Source: an uncultured delta proteobacterium (GTDB lineage: Bacteria; Myxococcota_A; Polyangia; Polyangiales; JAFGIB01). From it: DNA of 64,000 nt. A program made the translations under genes and the position numbers. Under the pieces are notes generated by a model, which did no database searches, had not been told where the DNA came from, and worked only from the letters and a program-made list of their open reading frames with translations. Numbering within the stretch: position 1 is the stretch's first letter; each line of letters opens with the position of its first letter. The DNA lies in contig CAVZVA010000009.1 in NCBI GenBank assembly GCA_963778655.1, forward strand, positions 1,280,001 to 1,344,000, in the 5' to 3' direction. This document shows, in pieces, positions 50,676 through 60,747 of this stretch.

Positions 50676-51392
50676 ATGCCGCACGTCGATCACGCCAACC
50701 GCGAGCTGCGCCTGAAGCTGGTCTACTACGGGCCCGGCTTGGGCGGGAAGACCACCAACCTCGAGCACATCCATCGCAAGGCCAGGCCGGACATGCGCGG
50801 CAAGCTGGTGGCGCTCAACGATGGCGCCGAGCGCACGCTGTTCTTCGATTTGCTGCCGGTGGACCTGGGGACGTTCAAGGGTTACAGCGTGCGCGTCCAC
50901 CTGTGCACCGTGCCCGGCCAGATCGCGCACGATCGGGTGCGGCGCCTGGTGCTGCGCAACGTCGACGGGATCGTGATGGTCGTCGACAGCCAGATCGAGC
51001 GCGTCTACGAGAACATCGAGAGCATCCGCAATCTGGAGACCAACCTGCGCCTGCAGGGCGACGACGCCTCGCGGTTGCCGATGGTGGTGCAATACAACAA
51101 GCGCGACCTGCGCAGCGCGGTGGCGGTGCCCACGCTGCGCGACGTGCTGGGCGTGCCTGAGCAGGTCGCGCAGATCGAGGCGGTGGCAAGCCAGGGGATC
51201 GGGGTGCAGGAGACGCTCAAGGCGATCCTCAAGGCCAGCCTCTCGCTGGTCGAGGAGCCCTCGGCCGCGCCCGCCGGCCGCAGCCCCTCCATCCTGCCGG
51301 GCCGCCACGTGTCCATGTTCCCCGGTGCGATAGCCCCAGCCTTGGAGCAACAACGCCTGCGCCGAGCCCACGCCGCCTCCGAAGAGGAGTAG
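50676..51392 (+). CDS. MglA-family small GTPase paralog with a C-terminal extension
   Basis: KLVYYGPGLGGKTTNL, ERTLFFDLLP, TVPGQ and QYNKRDL. Confidence 0.9.
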   Translation: MPHVDHANRELRLKLVYYGPGLGGKTTNLEHIHRKARPDMRGKLVALNDGAERTLFFDLLPVDLGTFKGYSVRVHLCTVPGQIAHDRVRRLVLRNVDGIVMVVDSQIERVYENIESIRNLETNLRLQGDDASRLPMVVQYNKRDLRSAVAVPTLRDVLGVPEQVAQIEAVASQGIGVQETLKAILKASLSLVEEPSAAPAGRSPSILPGRHVSMFPGAIAPALEQQRLRRAHAASEEE

Positions 51393-51474
51393 CGCCCAGC
51401 TCGGCGTCCCGACAGCAGGCTCACAGGAAGGCGGGAAGAATGGACCTGCTCATCCCTTCCGATTGCGCGTTTGG

Positions 51475-54066
51475 TCACCGCGTGCCTGGCAGCCGCAGCA
51501 CCACGCCGGGGCTCTCCTGGCGCGGGTAGACGCGGACCGGGGTGGGGCGGGCGCTGGCTCCGGCCTGCGGGTGACGCGCGCTGAGCGTTCGCTCGCCGGG
51601 CGCCACGTCCTGCAGGCGGAAGACCCCGTGGCGGTCGCTCCGCACCGAGTGGCCCCAGGTCGGCGGATCGCCGAGCGCGACTTCGGCGTCGAACACCGGC
51701 GCGCCCAGCCGGTCGACCACGGCGCCGCTGACCAGTCCCGCCGGGTGCAAGGGCAAAGGGTCGAGCTCGCGCGTCTCGCCTTCGCCTGCGACGGCCTCGA
51801 AGCGCTCGGGCACGTAGCCCGAATGTCCGATAAATCCGCTGTATTTACCAGCGATTAGGTTCTTAAACTCGAATTTGCCTCGAGTGTCCGTGCGGCCCGC
51901 GTGGCGGGCGTGGCCCTTGCCTCGAAGGGTCACGCGGGCGTTGGCCACGCCCTCGTTCGTCATTGCGTCGATCACGGTGCCCCAGACGCGCGCGCCCGGC
52001 CGCAACTCGATCGAGACCTCCTGCTCCGGCCCGGGCGAGAGCGGGCCCATGCGGGTCGGGGCGTAGGCCTCGTGCTCGACCACGATCCGGTAGGGGGGCG
52101 CGGCGAGCCCCTCCACGCGGAAGCTGCCGTCCGCAACCGAGATCGCGCTGCGCTCGCCGGGGGAGCGCGGGCTGACCGCCTCGACCCGGATCCGCGCCCC
52201 TTCGATCGGAAAGCCGCGCGCGTCGTGCACGCGGCCCAGCAGAGGTCGGCCCGAGGACGCGAGCCGCAGCAGCAGCTCGCGCCGCTCACCGGAGCCGACC
52301 TGGGTCTGCTCGCGCAGCGCGGGGGCATCGGGCGCGAACGCGGTGACCACACACTTGCCGCGCACGGCTTCGAGCAGGAAGCGCCCGTCCTGGCCGCTGA
52401 GCGTGGTGCGCGCGGCGCGCTCGCCTTCCACCTCGATCTGCAGGCGCACGGCGGCGACCGGCTGCCCTTGGGCATCGAGCACGCGGCCGGCGAGCGTGCC
52501 GCCGCGCGGCAGCTCGATGCGCAGGCCCTCGAGCTGCTGGCCGGCGCGCACGCGGCGCGGCGCGCTGGTCCCGGGTGCGTACCCGGCCAGCCGCGCCACG
52601 ACCTGCACGCGTCCGGCCGGCACGCCTTCGATACGGAAGCGGCCGTCCGCGTCGCTGGCAAAGCCTGGCACCGGCAGCGCCCCCGCTGTGGACCCCGGCG
52701 GGGCGAACACGGGCACCGGCGGCACCGCGCCGAAGGTCACGCCCAGGTTGTCCGAGGCGGGCGCCGCGGGGGCCTGGGCGCCCGGCGGGTGCGTGGCGGC
52801 CGCCGCTGTGGCCTGCGGCGGGCTCACGTGGATCGGTCCGCCCGCCTCCGCCGTGCCCGTGACCTCGAGCTCGGCACCGGCGATCGGCTCGCCGTGCTCG
52901 CCGACCACCTGGCCCGAGAGCACCGCGGCGCGCCGCAGCGTGATCTCCTGGCGTTCGGGGCGCGGCGTGTATAGCGCGCCCACGATCGCGACGTAGCCCG
53001 GCGCGCTCAGCCACAGCCGCTGCGGAAGGTGGCGCAGCGCCTCGACCGTGAACTCGCCGCGTGCATCGGTCTGGGTCGAGATCGGCGTGGCCGTCAGCGC
53101 GTCCTCGCCCACGACCACGCGCACGCCGCCCAGCGGATCGCCGCTTTCGGCGTCGACCACACGTCCGAGCAAGCGGGCGCCGGGCTCGAGCTCGAGCACC
53201 ACGCGCGACTCGGCTGCGGGCTGCACCAGCACCCCTTCGCGCGGCGCCGAGGTCAAGGTGCCACGCGTGGCGCGCAGCTCGTAGACGCCGGCCGGGATCG
53301 GCGTCAGCTCGAAGCGGCCGCCGGCATCGCTGGTCAGCGCCTTGGGTGGCCATACCCCGCTGCCCGCGACCGTGACCGTGGCGCCGGCCGCGGGCTGCCC
53401 GCTGACATCGAGCACCTGCCCCGAGAGCGTGGCGGTGCGCTGCAGCACGATGCGCAGCGGTTGGGTCGCGGGTGCGACCACCGCCGGCAGCACGGCCAGC
53501 TCGTGGTGGGCCAGGCGCGCCTGGACCGCGTAGCGGCCCGCCGCGAGCTGCCCGAGCCGGAAGCGCCCACCTGCGTCGCTGCGCACCTGCGCCACCGGCT
53601 CCGGGCCGTCCTGGGTGCGCGCCTCGATCTGCACGCCGGGCAGCGGCGCGCCGCTGTCGTCGACCACCGCGCCGCCCAACGCAGCCTCGGGCTGCATGCG
53701 CAGGGCGAGCGTGTTGCGGCCCGGGCGCAGCCGCAGCGCGCGCGCCACGCGCGCGGCCCCAGCTGCGCTCAGCTGGAGCTGGGCGGGTCCGGGTACGAGC
53801 GGCTGCAGGCGCACCCGGCCCTGGGCGTCGGCCCGGGCTGTTCGCAGGGCGTGCCCGGCTTGGCGCACGGAGGCGGCGGCGCCCGCGGCCGGGCTGCCGT
53901 CGGGCGCCTGCACGGCCAGCTCCAGCCGCACCGCTGCGGGCTGCGGCGGGCCGCCGTGCCGCAGCGCCGGCCGCAGCGCGAGCACGCCGCCGAGGGCGGC
54001 GCCGGCGGCGAGCACGGCCACTCCTACGGCCGCCAGGGCCCTGCGCCTGGGCCTGCTCGGGTTCAC
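51475..54066 (-). CDS. Membrane-anchored protein with tandem carboxypeptidase-regulatory-like domains
   Basis: N-terminal TM, then about 8 repeats of G-x-V-x-D-x-x-G-x-P-x-x-G-A...T/S-D-x-x-G-R-F. Confidence 0.85.
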   Translation of the reverse strand: MNPSRPRRRALAAVGVAVLAAGAALGGVLALRPALRHGGPPQPAAVRLELAVQAPDGSPAAGAAASVRQAGHALRTARADAQGRVRLQPLVPGPAQLQLSAAGAARVARALRLRPGRNTLALRMQPEAALGGAVVDDSGAPLPGVQIEARTQDGPEPVAQVRSDAGGRFRLGQLAAGRYAVQARLAHHELAVLPAVVAPATQPLRIVLQRTATLSGQVLDVSGQPAAGATVTVAGSGVWPPKALTSDAGGRFELTPIPAGVYELRATRGTLTSAPREGVLVQPAAESRVVLELEPGARLLGRVVDAESGDPLGGVRVVVGEDALTATPISTQTDARGEFTVEALRHLPQRLWLSAPGYVAIVGALYTPRPERQEITLRRAAVLSGQVVGEHGEPIAGAELEVTGTAEAGGPIHVSPPQATAAAATHPPGAQAPAAPASDNLGVTFGAVPPVPVFAPPGSTAGALPVPGFASDADGRFRIEGVPAGRVQVVARLAGYAPGTSAPRRVRAGQQLEGLRIELPRGGTLAGRVLDAQGQPVAAVRLQIEVEGERAARTTLSGQDGRFLLEAVRGKCVVTAFAPDAPALREQTQVGSGERRELLLRLASSGRPLLGRVHDARGFPIEGARIRVEAVSPRSPGERSAISVADGSFRVEGLAAPPYRIVVEHEAYAPTRMGPLSPGPEQEVSIELRPGARVWGTVIDAMTNEGVANARVTLRGKGHARHAGRTDTRGKFEFKNLIAGKYSGFIGHSGYVPERFEAVAGEGETRELDPLPLHPAGLVSGAVVDRLGAPVFDAEVALGDPPTWGHSVRSDRHGVFRLQDVAPGERTLSARHPQAGASARPTPVRVYPRQESPGVVLRLPGTR

Positions 54067-54216
54067 GGCAGGGATCTAGCGGTTGCGGTCATGGCGGCCA
54101 AATTCGTGTGATACGGGGACCCACGGGACCACGCTGGGTATTCCCGGTGGGAGCCTGGCGCGCGCTTGCGGGCAAGCGCCACGGGTGCTACACCGCCGCC
54201 TCTGGCGAGGACGGAA

Positions 54217-54408
54217 ATGGCATTTGCTTGCGATTTTTGCGGGAAGAAGCGGCAGAAGGCCCACAAGGTCAGCCACTCCAACATCAAGACGCGCAAGTGG
54301 CAGGAGCCCAACCTCCAGCTGGTGCGCGCGGTGGTTCAGGGTCGCGTGCAGCGCGCGCGGGCCTGCACCCGCTGCATCCGTTCCGGCCGGGTGGTGAAGG
54401 CGGCTTGA
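54217..54408 (+). CDS. rpmB: 50S ribosomal protein L28 (Zn-ribbon form)
   Basis: CDFCGK, VSHSNIKTRKWQEPNLQ and CTRCIRSG. Confidence 0.95.
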   Translation: MAFACDFCGKKRQKAHKVSHSNIKTRKWQEPNLQLVRAVVQGRVQRARACTRCIRSGRVVKAA

Positions 54409-55433
54409 GCGGCCGCCGGGCCCAGCCGCGGGCGCTGCGCCGCGGGCGCCGGCCCCGGCCTCAGGCCGCGCCGCCACCGGGCTGCGATCAGGACGCGGTC
54501 GTGCTCACTTTCGAGGTGGCGCGCGACCATGCGGGGCTGCGCCTGGACCGCTTCGTGCAGCTGCGTATCCCGCGCCTGTCGCGCACGCGCGCGCAGGCCA
54601 TCGTGCGCGCGTGCGCCTTTCGCAGCGATGGGCAGCGGCGGCGCCCGAGCGAGATCGTCAAGGCCGGCGAGGTGGTGCTGCTGGTGCGCGAGCGCTTCGT
54701 GGAGCCCGAGGTCCCGCTGTGCTTCGAGCTGCTGTGCGACGACGGAGCGGTGCTCGCGCTGGACAAGCCGGCGGGACTGCCGATGCACCCGAGCGCGACC
54801 TATCACAAGCACACCCTCAGCCATCTGCTGCGCGAGCGCTACGGCGGCGGAGCCGGGATGGTGCCTGCGATTGCGCACCGGCTCGATCGGGAGACCAGCG
54901 GGGTCGTGCTGTGCGGGCGCACGCGCGCGGCCGAGCGCGCGCTCAAGCAGGCCTTCGAGGCGCACCAGGTGAGCAAGACCTACCTGGCGATCGTGCGCGG
55001 CGAGATCGAGCGCGAGGCGTTGCGGGTCGAGCTGCCGCTGGCGCCGGCGCGCGAGGGCTTGCACGTGTTGATGCAGGTGCAGCCCGAGGGCGGAGCGCCG
55101 GCGCAGACCGAGCTGCGGGTGCTGGAGCGGCGCCGCGGCCACAGCCTGGTGGAGCTGCGGCCGCGCACCGGGCGCCAGCATCAGCTGCGCGTGCACCTGT
55201 CGGCGCTGGGCCACCCGATTGTCGGCGACAAGCTGTACGGGCCCGAGCGCGAGGCACCCTTTCTCGAGCACATCGAGCGCGGCATGACCCCGGAGCTGCT
55301 GGCCCGGCTCGGCCACCCGCGCCACGCCCTGCACGCGCACAGCGTGACGTTTGCGCACCCGCTGAGCGGCGAGCCGACCACCGTGCGCGCGCCGCTGGCC
55401 GCGGACCTAGTCGCCCTGTGGGAGCGGCTTTGA
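54405..55433 (+). CDS. RluA/RluD-family pseudouridine synthase (start uncertain)
   Basis: S4-like RLDRFV, DKPAGLPMHP, HRLDRETSG, TGRQHQLRVHL and HPIVGDKLYG. Confidence 0.92.
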   Translation: MSGRRAQPRALRRGRRPRPQAAPPPGCDQDAVVLTFEVARDHAGLRLDRFVQLRIPRLSRTRAQAIVRACAFRSDGQRRRPSEIVKAGEVVLLVRERFVEPEVPLCFELLCDDGAVLALDKPAGLPMHPSATYHKHTLSHLLRERYGGGAGMVPAIAHRLDRETSGVVLCGRTRAAERALKQAFEAHQVSKTYLAIVRGEIEREALRVELPLAPAREGLHVLMQVQPEGGAPAQTELRVLERRRGHSLVELRPRTGRQHQLRVHLSALGHPIVGDKLYGPEREAPFLEHIERGMTPELLARLGHPRHALHAHSVTFAHPLSGEPTTVRAPLAADLVALWERL

Positions 55434-55485
55434 CCCCCGCTGCACGCCGTGGCATAGGCAAGCTTCGCTTGCGAAGGGATCGCGC

Positions 55486-56055
55486 ATGCTGACCCGCTCG
55501 ACCTTGCTGCTGATCGTGCTGTCGTGCGCGGCGTGTGGCGCCCAGGGCGTGCAGGGTCCGCAGCCGAAGTCCGAGTTCAGCGTGCAGGACGCGGTGCTGT
55601 TCGAGGACGGAGTGGATCTGATCGAGGATCCCAATCAGCTCGAAGGCCAGTGGCGCACCGACTGGGACCGCCAGCTCGACCAGCGTATCGCGCAGAGCGA
55701 TCTGATCGCGCTCGGGACCGTGACCACGCTGCGGGCCGACGTGGACCTGGAACAGCGCACCAGCTATCAAGTCGTGGTCGCGGTCGAGCGCACGCTCGAG
55801 GGCAAGGCCAGCGGCGGTGACCTCAACCTGGTGACACGCCAGGGCTCGGGCGGCTATGCCGGAATAGATTCGCACAGCGCCCAGTTGCTCAATCGCAAGG
55901 TCGTGGCCTTCGTGAAGTACGCGAGCGGTCCCGACAACGTGGTGATCGCGCACTTTCACCTGAGCGTGTCGTCGCAGCCGGTGCTGGACCGCGTCAACGC
56001 GTTCGAGGCCCGCAAGCGACCCAACCAGGTGAAGATCATCGAGCACCAGCAGTGA
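55486..56055 (+). CDS. Lipoprotein of unknown function
   Basis: Lipobox CAA|C and good codon usage. Confidence 0.7.
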   Translation: MLTRSTLLLIVLSCAACGAQGVQGPQPKSEFSVQDAVLFEDGVDLIEDPNQLEGQWRTDWDRQLDQRIAQSDLIALGTVTTLRADVDLEQRTSYQVVVAVERTLEGKASGGDLNLVTRQGSGGYAGIDSHSAQLLNRKVVAFVKYASGPDNVVIAHFHLSVSSQPVLDRVNAFEARKRPNQVKIIEHQQ

Positions 56056-56194
56056 CGCGCGGTGGCCCGAGCCCGAGCTAAGGTCCGGTGGCGTGCGGAA
56101 TCGCCCCGCGCGCGGCCGCGGGGGGCAGCCGCGGCTTCGCGAGGCTTTCGCCCGCGGCCCGCCTGCGGTAGGGATCGGCTCTGGAGGTTTTGAC

Positions 56195-56725
56195 ATGCCA
56201 CGAGCCACGCTCGCGATCTCGCTGCTCCTGTCCGCCGCCGCCTGCGGCGGCAACGGCAACGCCGCGCCCCCGAGCGCCCCGGTCACAGCGCCGGCCGCGC
56301 CAGCGGCCGAGCCAGCCAAGCCGGCCGCGGCTGCACCGGCCGCGGCCGCACCGGCCGCGCCTCCGAGCGATCACGTCGACGATCCCAGCTTCGAGCTGGC
56401 GGCCGTGCCCGCCGGGCCGTATGCGGTTGGCAAGCTGGGAAGCTTCGCCGTCTCACTCAAGCCGCGCGGCGTTTACCACGTCAACCAGGAGTACCCGGTC
56501 AGCATCTCGCTCAAGGGCGACGACGGGCTGAGCTTTCCCAAGGCGGAGTTGGCCAAGTCCGACGCGACCAAGTTCGACCTCAAGCTCGCGCGCTTCGAGG
56601 TGCCCTTCACACCCGCAAAGGCCGGCGACCACAAGGTCGAAGCCCACGTGCGCTTCGCGGTGTGCACGGACGAGAATTGCGTGCCCGATGAGCGCACGCT
56701 CGCGCTCGTGCTGGCGGTGAAGTAG
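56195..56725 (+). CDS. Lipoprotein with a DsbD-N-like Ig domain
   Basis: GGAGG RBS, lipobox AAA|C, Ala/Pro linker, YHVNQEYP and terminal FAVCTDENCVP (C-x4-C). Confidence 0.7.
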   Translation: MPRATLAISLLLSAAACGGNGNAAPPSAPVTAPAAPAAEPAKPAAAAPAAAAPAAPPSDHVDDPSFELAAVPAGPYAVGKLGSFAVSLKPRGVYHVNQEYPVSISLKGDDGLSFPKAELAKSDATKFDLKLARFEVPFTPAKAGDHKVEAHVRFAVCTDENCVPDERTLALVLAVK

Positions 56726-56864
56726 CATTAGCCCCATCCATGGGCGGTATCTGGTCACCGGGGAAGGCACGCGCCGTTCCCGTCCTGCGCGCGATGCCGA
56801 CGGGCTCGCTGCGCTCACGAGGGGGGTCGCTGCCAGGGGTCCGCTGACCCCGTGAACGGTTCCG

Positions 56865-59099
56865 ATGGGCTCGGGTCAAAGCTCGCGCAATACGCTCGAC
56901 CAGCTCGCCGCCTCGGTCAGGGAGCGCTTCCTGGCCGAGAAGCGGGTGCTCTCGTTCGAGGAGTACACCGCCGAGCTGCTGGCCCATCCCTGGCGCCACA
57001 GCCGTGATGCGGGGCGCTACCTGCGCGATTGCTTCGATCACTACGGCCACTACGAGGTGGCGCGGCCCTGGGGTCCGGTGCGGCGCTTTCGGCTGTTCGA
57101 CCAGGAGCTCGCCGACGGCAAGGACGCGCAATCGCGGAGGCGGCTGGTCGGCCACGAGGAGCTGCAGAACGGTTTCTACCGCGCGCTTGGCAACTTCGTG
57201 CGCGAGGGCCGAGCCAACCGGCTGGTGCTGCTGCACGGGCCCAACGGCAGCGCCAAGAGCACCTTCGCCGAGTGCCTGATGACCGCGCTCGAGCACTACT
57301 CGACGCGGGACGACGGCGCGCTCTACCGCTTCTCCTGGGTGTTTTCGCGCAGCGTGGAGGAGCGTACGATCGGCTTCGGCGCCGGCGGACGCGGCGGGCC
57401 GCCGCTCGAGTCGTACGCCCACGTCGAGCACGAAAAGATCTCCGCTAAGCTCGGCAGCGAGCTGCGCGAGCATCCGTTGCTGCTGTTGCCGCTGGAGGAG
57501 CGCCGCAGTCTGCTGCGCCGGGCCTACGCGCAGGCTGGGATCGAGGAGGCGCCGCCCGACTGGCTGTGGAACGGCGAGCTCGGCCGCAAGAACGCGGCCG
57601 TGTTCGAGGCGCTGCTCTCGAGCTACGGCGGCGACCTTACGCGCGTGCTCGCGCACGTGCAGGTGGAACGCTTCTACGTGTCGCGGCGCTACCGCACCGG
57701 CGCGGTCACGATCGGACCGCAGATGTCGGTCGACGCGGCCGAGCGCCAGATCACCGCCGATCGCACTCTGGCCGAGCTGCCGGCATCCTTGAGCTCGGTC
57801 GCGCTGTACGAGACCCAGGGCGAGCTGGTCGACGGGCAGTGCGGGATCATCGAGTACAGCGATCTGCTCAAGCGCCCGCTCGACGCCTGGAAGTACCTGC
57901 TGCTGGCGATCGAGGAAGGCGAGGTGGCGCTGACGATGTCGATGCTCACGGTCAACTCCGTGCTCATCGCCAGCACCAACGAGATCCACCTCGAGGCCTT
58001 TCGCCAGCATCCGGAGTACAACTCGTTCCGCGCGCGCCTGCTGCCGCTGCGCGCGGGCTATCTGCTCGACTACCGGCGCGAGCAGGAGATCTACGATGCG
58101 CAGATCGTCACCCAGCTGCGCCAGCACGTCTCGCCCCACGCCACCCACGTGGCCGCCCTGTGGGCGGTGCTGACGCGCCTGTTGCCGTCCAAGAGCGATC
58201 ACTATGACGATCCGGCGCTGGGCAAGGTGGCGGCGGACCTGTCGCCGATCGAGAAGGCGCGGCTCTACGCCGAAGGGCTGATCCCGCGCCGCTTCAGCAC
58301 CGATCAGAGCAAGGTGCTGCGCGCCGGGCTGGCCGAGATCGCGCGCGAGTTCGAGACCCTGCCGGTGTACGAGGGGCTGACCGGCGCCTCGGCGCGCGAG
58401 ATTCGCACCGTGCTGCTCGACGCCAGCCAGCACCCGCTGCACGCCTGTCTGTCCCCGCTGGCGGTGCTCGAAAACCTGGACGTGCTGTGCGATCGCGGCG
58501 ACTACGAGTTCCTGCAGCGCAAGCCGGAGTCCGGCTACCACGACGCGCGCGGCTTCCTCAAGCAGGTGCGCAGCGCCTGGCTCGACCTGCTCGACAGCGA
58601 GGTGCGCATCGCCACGGGCCTGGTCGAAGAGTCGCGCTACGAGCAGCTCTTCGATCGCTACATCAACCACGTCTCGCTCTGGCTCAAGGGCGAGCGCTAT
58701 CGCGATCCGGTCACCGGCGAGCAGCTGGACCCCGATCAGGCGCTGCTCAAGCGCATCGAGGCGATCCTCGAGGTCAAGAACGCCGACGAGTTTCGCCGCA
58801 ACCTGATCAGTATGGTCGCGGCCCAGGCGATCGATCACCCCGACGAGCCGATCGACCACGCGCGCATCTTTCCCCGCTACCTGGCGCAGGTGAAGGAAGC
58901 CTACTTCGTGGAGCACCGCGGGCAGATCGGGGCGATCCTCGACGACGTGCTGGCGCTGCTTTCCGAGGGCGAGCAGCGGCTCGAGCCGGAGGCGCGGCGG
59001 CGCGCGCAGGAGAGCTTTGAGCGCCTCAAAGCCGTGGGTTACTGCGAGAAGTGCGCGCCGGCTGCGCTGGGGGAGCTGCGCCGGGAGCGCTACGCGTGA
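56865..59099 (+). CDS. prkA: PrkA/YeaG-family AAA+ protein (divergent myxobacterial type)
   Basis: LLHGPNGSAKST, LREHPLLLLP, GIIEYSDLLKRP, GASARE and RDPVTGE. Confidence 0.85.
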   Translation: MGSGQSSRNTLDQLAASVRERFLAEKRVLSFEEYTAELLAHPWRHSRDAGRYLRDCFDHYGHYEVARPWGPVRRFRLFDQELADGKDAQSRRRLVGHEELQNGFYRALGNFVREGRANRLVLLHGPNGSAKSTFAECLMTALEHYSTRDDGALYRFSWVFSRSVEERTIGFGAGGRGGPPLESYAHVEHEKISAKLGSELREHPLLLLPLEERRSLLRRAYAQAGIEEAPPDWLWNGELGRKNAAVFEALLSSYGGDLTRVLAHVQVERFYVSRRYRTGAVTIGPQMSVDAAERQITADRTLAELPASLSSVALYETQGELVDGQCGIIEYSDLLKRPLDAWKYLLLAIEEGEVALTMSMLTVNSVLIASTNEIHLEAFRQHPEYNSFRARLLPLRAGYLLDYRREQEIYDAQIVTQLRQHVSPHATHVAALWAVLTRLLPSKSDHYDDPALGKVAADLSPIEKARLYAEGLIPRRFSTDQSKVLRAGLAEIAREFETLPVYEGLTGASAREIRTVLLDASQHPLHACLSPLAVLENLDVLCDRGDYEFLQRKPESGYHDARGFLKQVRSAWLDLLDSEVRIATGLVEESRYEQLFDRYINHVSLWLKGERYRDPVTGEQLDPDQALLKRIEAILEVKNADEFRRNLISMVAAQAIDHPDEPIDHARIFPRYLAQVKEAYFVEHRGQIGAILDDVLALLSEGEQRLEPEARRRAQESFERLKAVGYCEKCAPAALGELRRERYA

Positions 59100-60613
59100 T
59101 CCCGCTGCTCTCGCGACAGGCGGTGCGCGCGCTCGACCGGGACGCGGTGGAGCGGCTCGGCCTGCCCAGCCTGCTGCTGATGGAGAACGCCGGTCGCGGC
59201 GCGTTCGAGGCGATCATGGCCGAGCTGCCGCAGGCGCTGGCGCGGGTGGTGATCGTCGGCGGCACCGGCCAGAACGGCGGCGACGGCTGGGTGTTGGCGC
59301 GCCACCTGATCAATGCCGGCATCGGGCCGCGGGTGATCCTGCTCGGCGCTGCGGCGCGTGTCAGCGGCGACGCGGCGGTCAACCTGCGCGCGCTGCAGCG
59401 CATGGGCGTGGACGTGGCGCAGATCGAGGGCGAGGACTTGCGGGCTCTGGTCGCGGCGCTCGCCGAGGCCACGCTGGTGGTCGACGCGCTGTTCGGCACC
59501 GGGCTCGATCGCGAGCTGACCGGTCGCCACGCGGCCGTGGTCGAGCTGATCGACGCCTGCGCGGCCAAGGTGGTGGCGCTCGATCTGCCGAGCGGCGTGG
59601 ACGCCGACAGCGGCGCGGTGCTGGGCGCGGCGGTGCGCGCGGACCTGAGCGTGACCTTCGCCGCGCACAAGCGCGGGCTACACCAGCATCCGGGCGCGGC
59701 GCTGGCAGGCAAGCTGTGGCTGGCCTCGATCGGCGTGCCGCCGCCGTGCGACGCCGAGGTGGGATTGATCGAGCGAAGCGACGTGGCCGCCTGGGTCGAG
59801 CCGCGCGCGCTCGACGCGCACAAGGGCTCGGCCGGCAAGCTGCTGGTGATCGCGGGTGCGCCGGGGCGTACCGGCGCGGCGCTGCTGTGCGGGCTGGGCG
59901 GGTTACGCGGGGGCGCGGGCCTGGTCACGCTGGCGGCGCGCGGCGAGGCGCGCGCGGCGCTCGATTCCAAGGTGGTCGAGCTGATGACCGAGAGCCTGCC
60001 GCAGGACGCACAGGCCGCGTTCGAGCGCGCGCGCGCGCTGAGCGAAGACAAGCAGGCCGCGGTGATCGGGCCGGGGCTGGGGCTCGACGAGGCTGGGCGC
60101 ACGCTGAGCCGCAGGCTTGCGCTGGAGCTGGCGCTGCCGGCGGTGCTGGACGCGGACGCGCTCAGCGCGCTCGGCACCGATTGCGGGCTGCTGCGCGACG
60201 CGGCCGCGCCGCGCGTATTGACCCCGCACCCGGGCGAGGCCGCACGCTTGCTCGGTAGCAGCGGCGAGGCGGTGCAGGGGGACCGCTATCGGGCGGCGCG
60301 CGCGCTGGCGGAGCGCTGCGGCTGCGTGGTCGCGCTCAAGGGCGCGCGCACGATCGTGGCCGAGCCGTCGGGCCGCATGCGCGTGTGTCCCACCGGCACG
60401 CCGGCGATGGCGGTCGCGGGGACCGGAGACGTGCTGGGCGGCGCGATCGGCGCGCTGCTCGCGGTTGCCGAGCCGTTCGACGCGGCCGCGGCCGGGGTCT
60501 ACCTGCACGGACTGGCGGGCGAGTTGGTGGCCCAGGGCGACCGCGGGCTGCTCGCCTCCGAGCTGGCGGCCGCGCTGCCGCGCGCGCTCGCGGCCTGCCG
60601 AGCGGGCGGATGA
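59096..60613 (+). CDS. nnr: Bifunctional NAD(P)H-hydrate epimerase/dehydratase (NnrE-NnrD)
   Basis: LMENAG, GQNGGDG, DALFGTG, DLPSG, HKGSAG, DADAL, TPHPGEAARL and AGTGDVLGG; GTGA overlap with prkA. Confidence 0.95.
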   Translation: MIPLLSRQAVRALDRDAVERLGLPSLLLMENAGRGAFEAIMAELPQALARVVIVGGTGQNGGDGWVLARHLINAGIGPRVILLGAAARVSGDAAVNLRALQRMGVDVAQIEGEDLRALVAALAEATLVVDALFGTGLDRELTGRHAAVVELIDACAAKVVALDLPSGVDADSGAVLGAAVRADLSVTFAAHKRGLHQHPGAALAGKLWLASIGVPPPCDAEVGLIERSDVAAWVEPRALDAHKGSAGKLLVIAGAPGRTGAALLCGLGGLRGGAGLVTLAARGEARAALDSKVVELMTESLPQDAQAAFERARALSEDKQAAVIGPGLGLDEAGRTLSRRLALELALPAVLDADALSALGTDCGLLRDAAAPRVLTPHPGEAARLLGSSGEAVQGDRYRAARALAERCGCVVALKGARTIVAEPSGRMRVCPTGTPAMAVAGTGDVLGGAIGALLAVAEPFDAAAAGVYLHGLAGELVAQGDRGLLASELAAALPRALAACRAGG

Positions 60614-60718
60614 TCGCGCCTGACACGCTGTCGCGGCCCTGACCCACGGCGAGACAAATTGGCAGGCGCGCGCAGGCGGTTTGCCGCGGAAAACCGCGCC
60701 CGTCGGCGGCTTCGCGCT

Positions 60719-60734
60719 TGGCCCGGCGATTGCA
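60719..60734 (+). promoter_or_regulatory. sigma54 (-24/-12) promoter upstream of the ECF sigma gene
   Basis: TGGCCCG-GCGA-TTGCA, near consensus. Confidence 0.75.
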
Positions 60735-60747
60735 AGCTACGGCCTGC

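Noticed and set aside
53472..54404. Long N-terminal extension of the RluA ORF
   Set aside because: It overlaps rpmB and the opposite-strand gene, and is Arg/Pro/Ala-rich noise.
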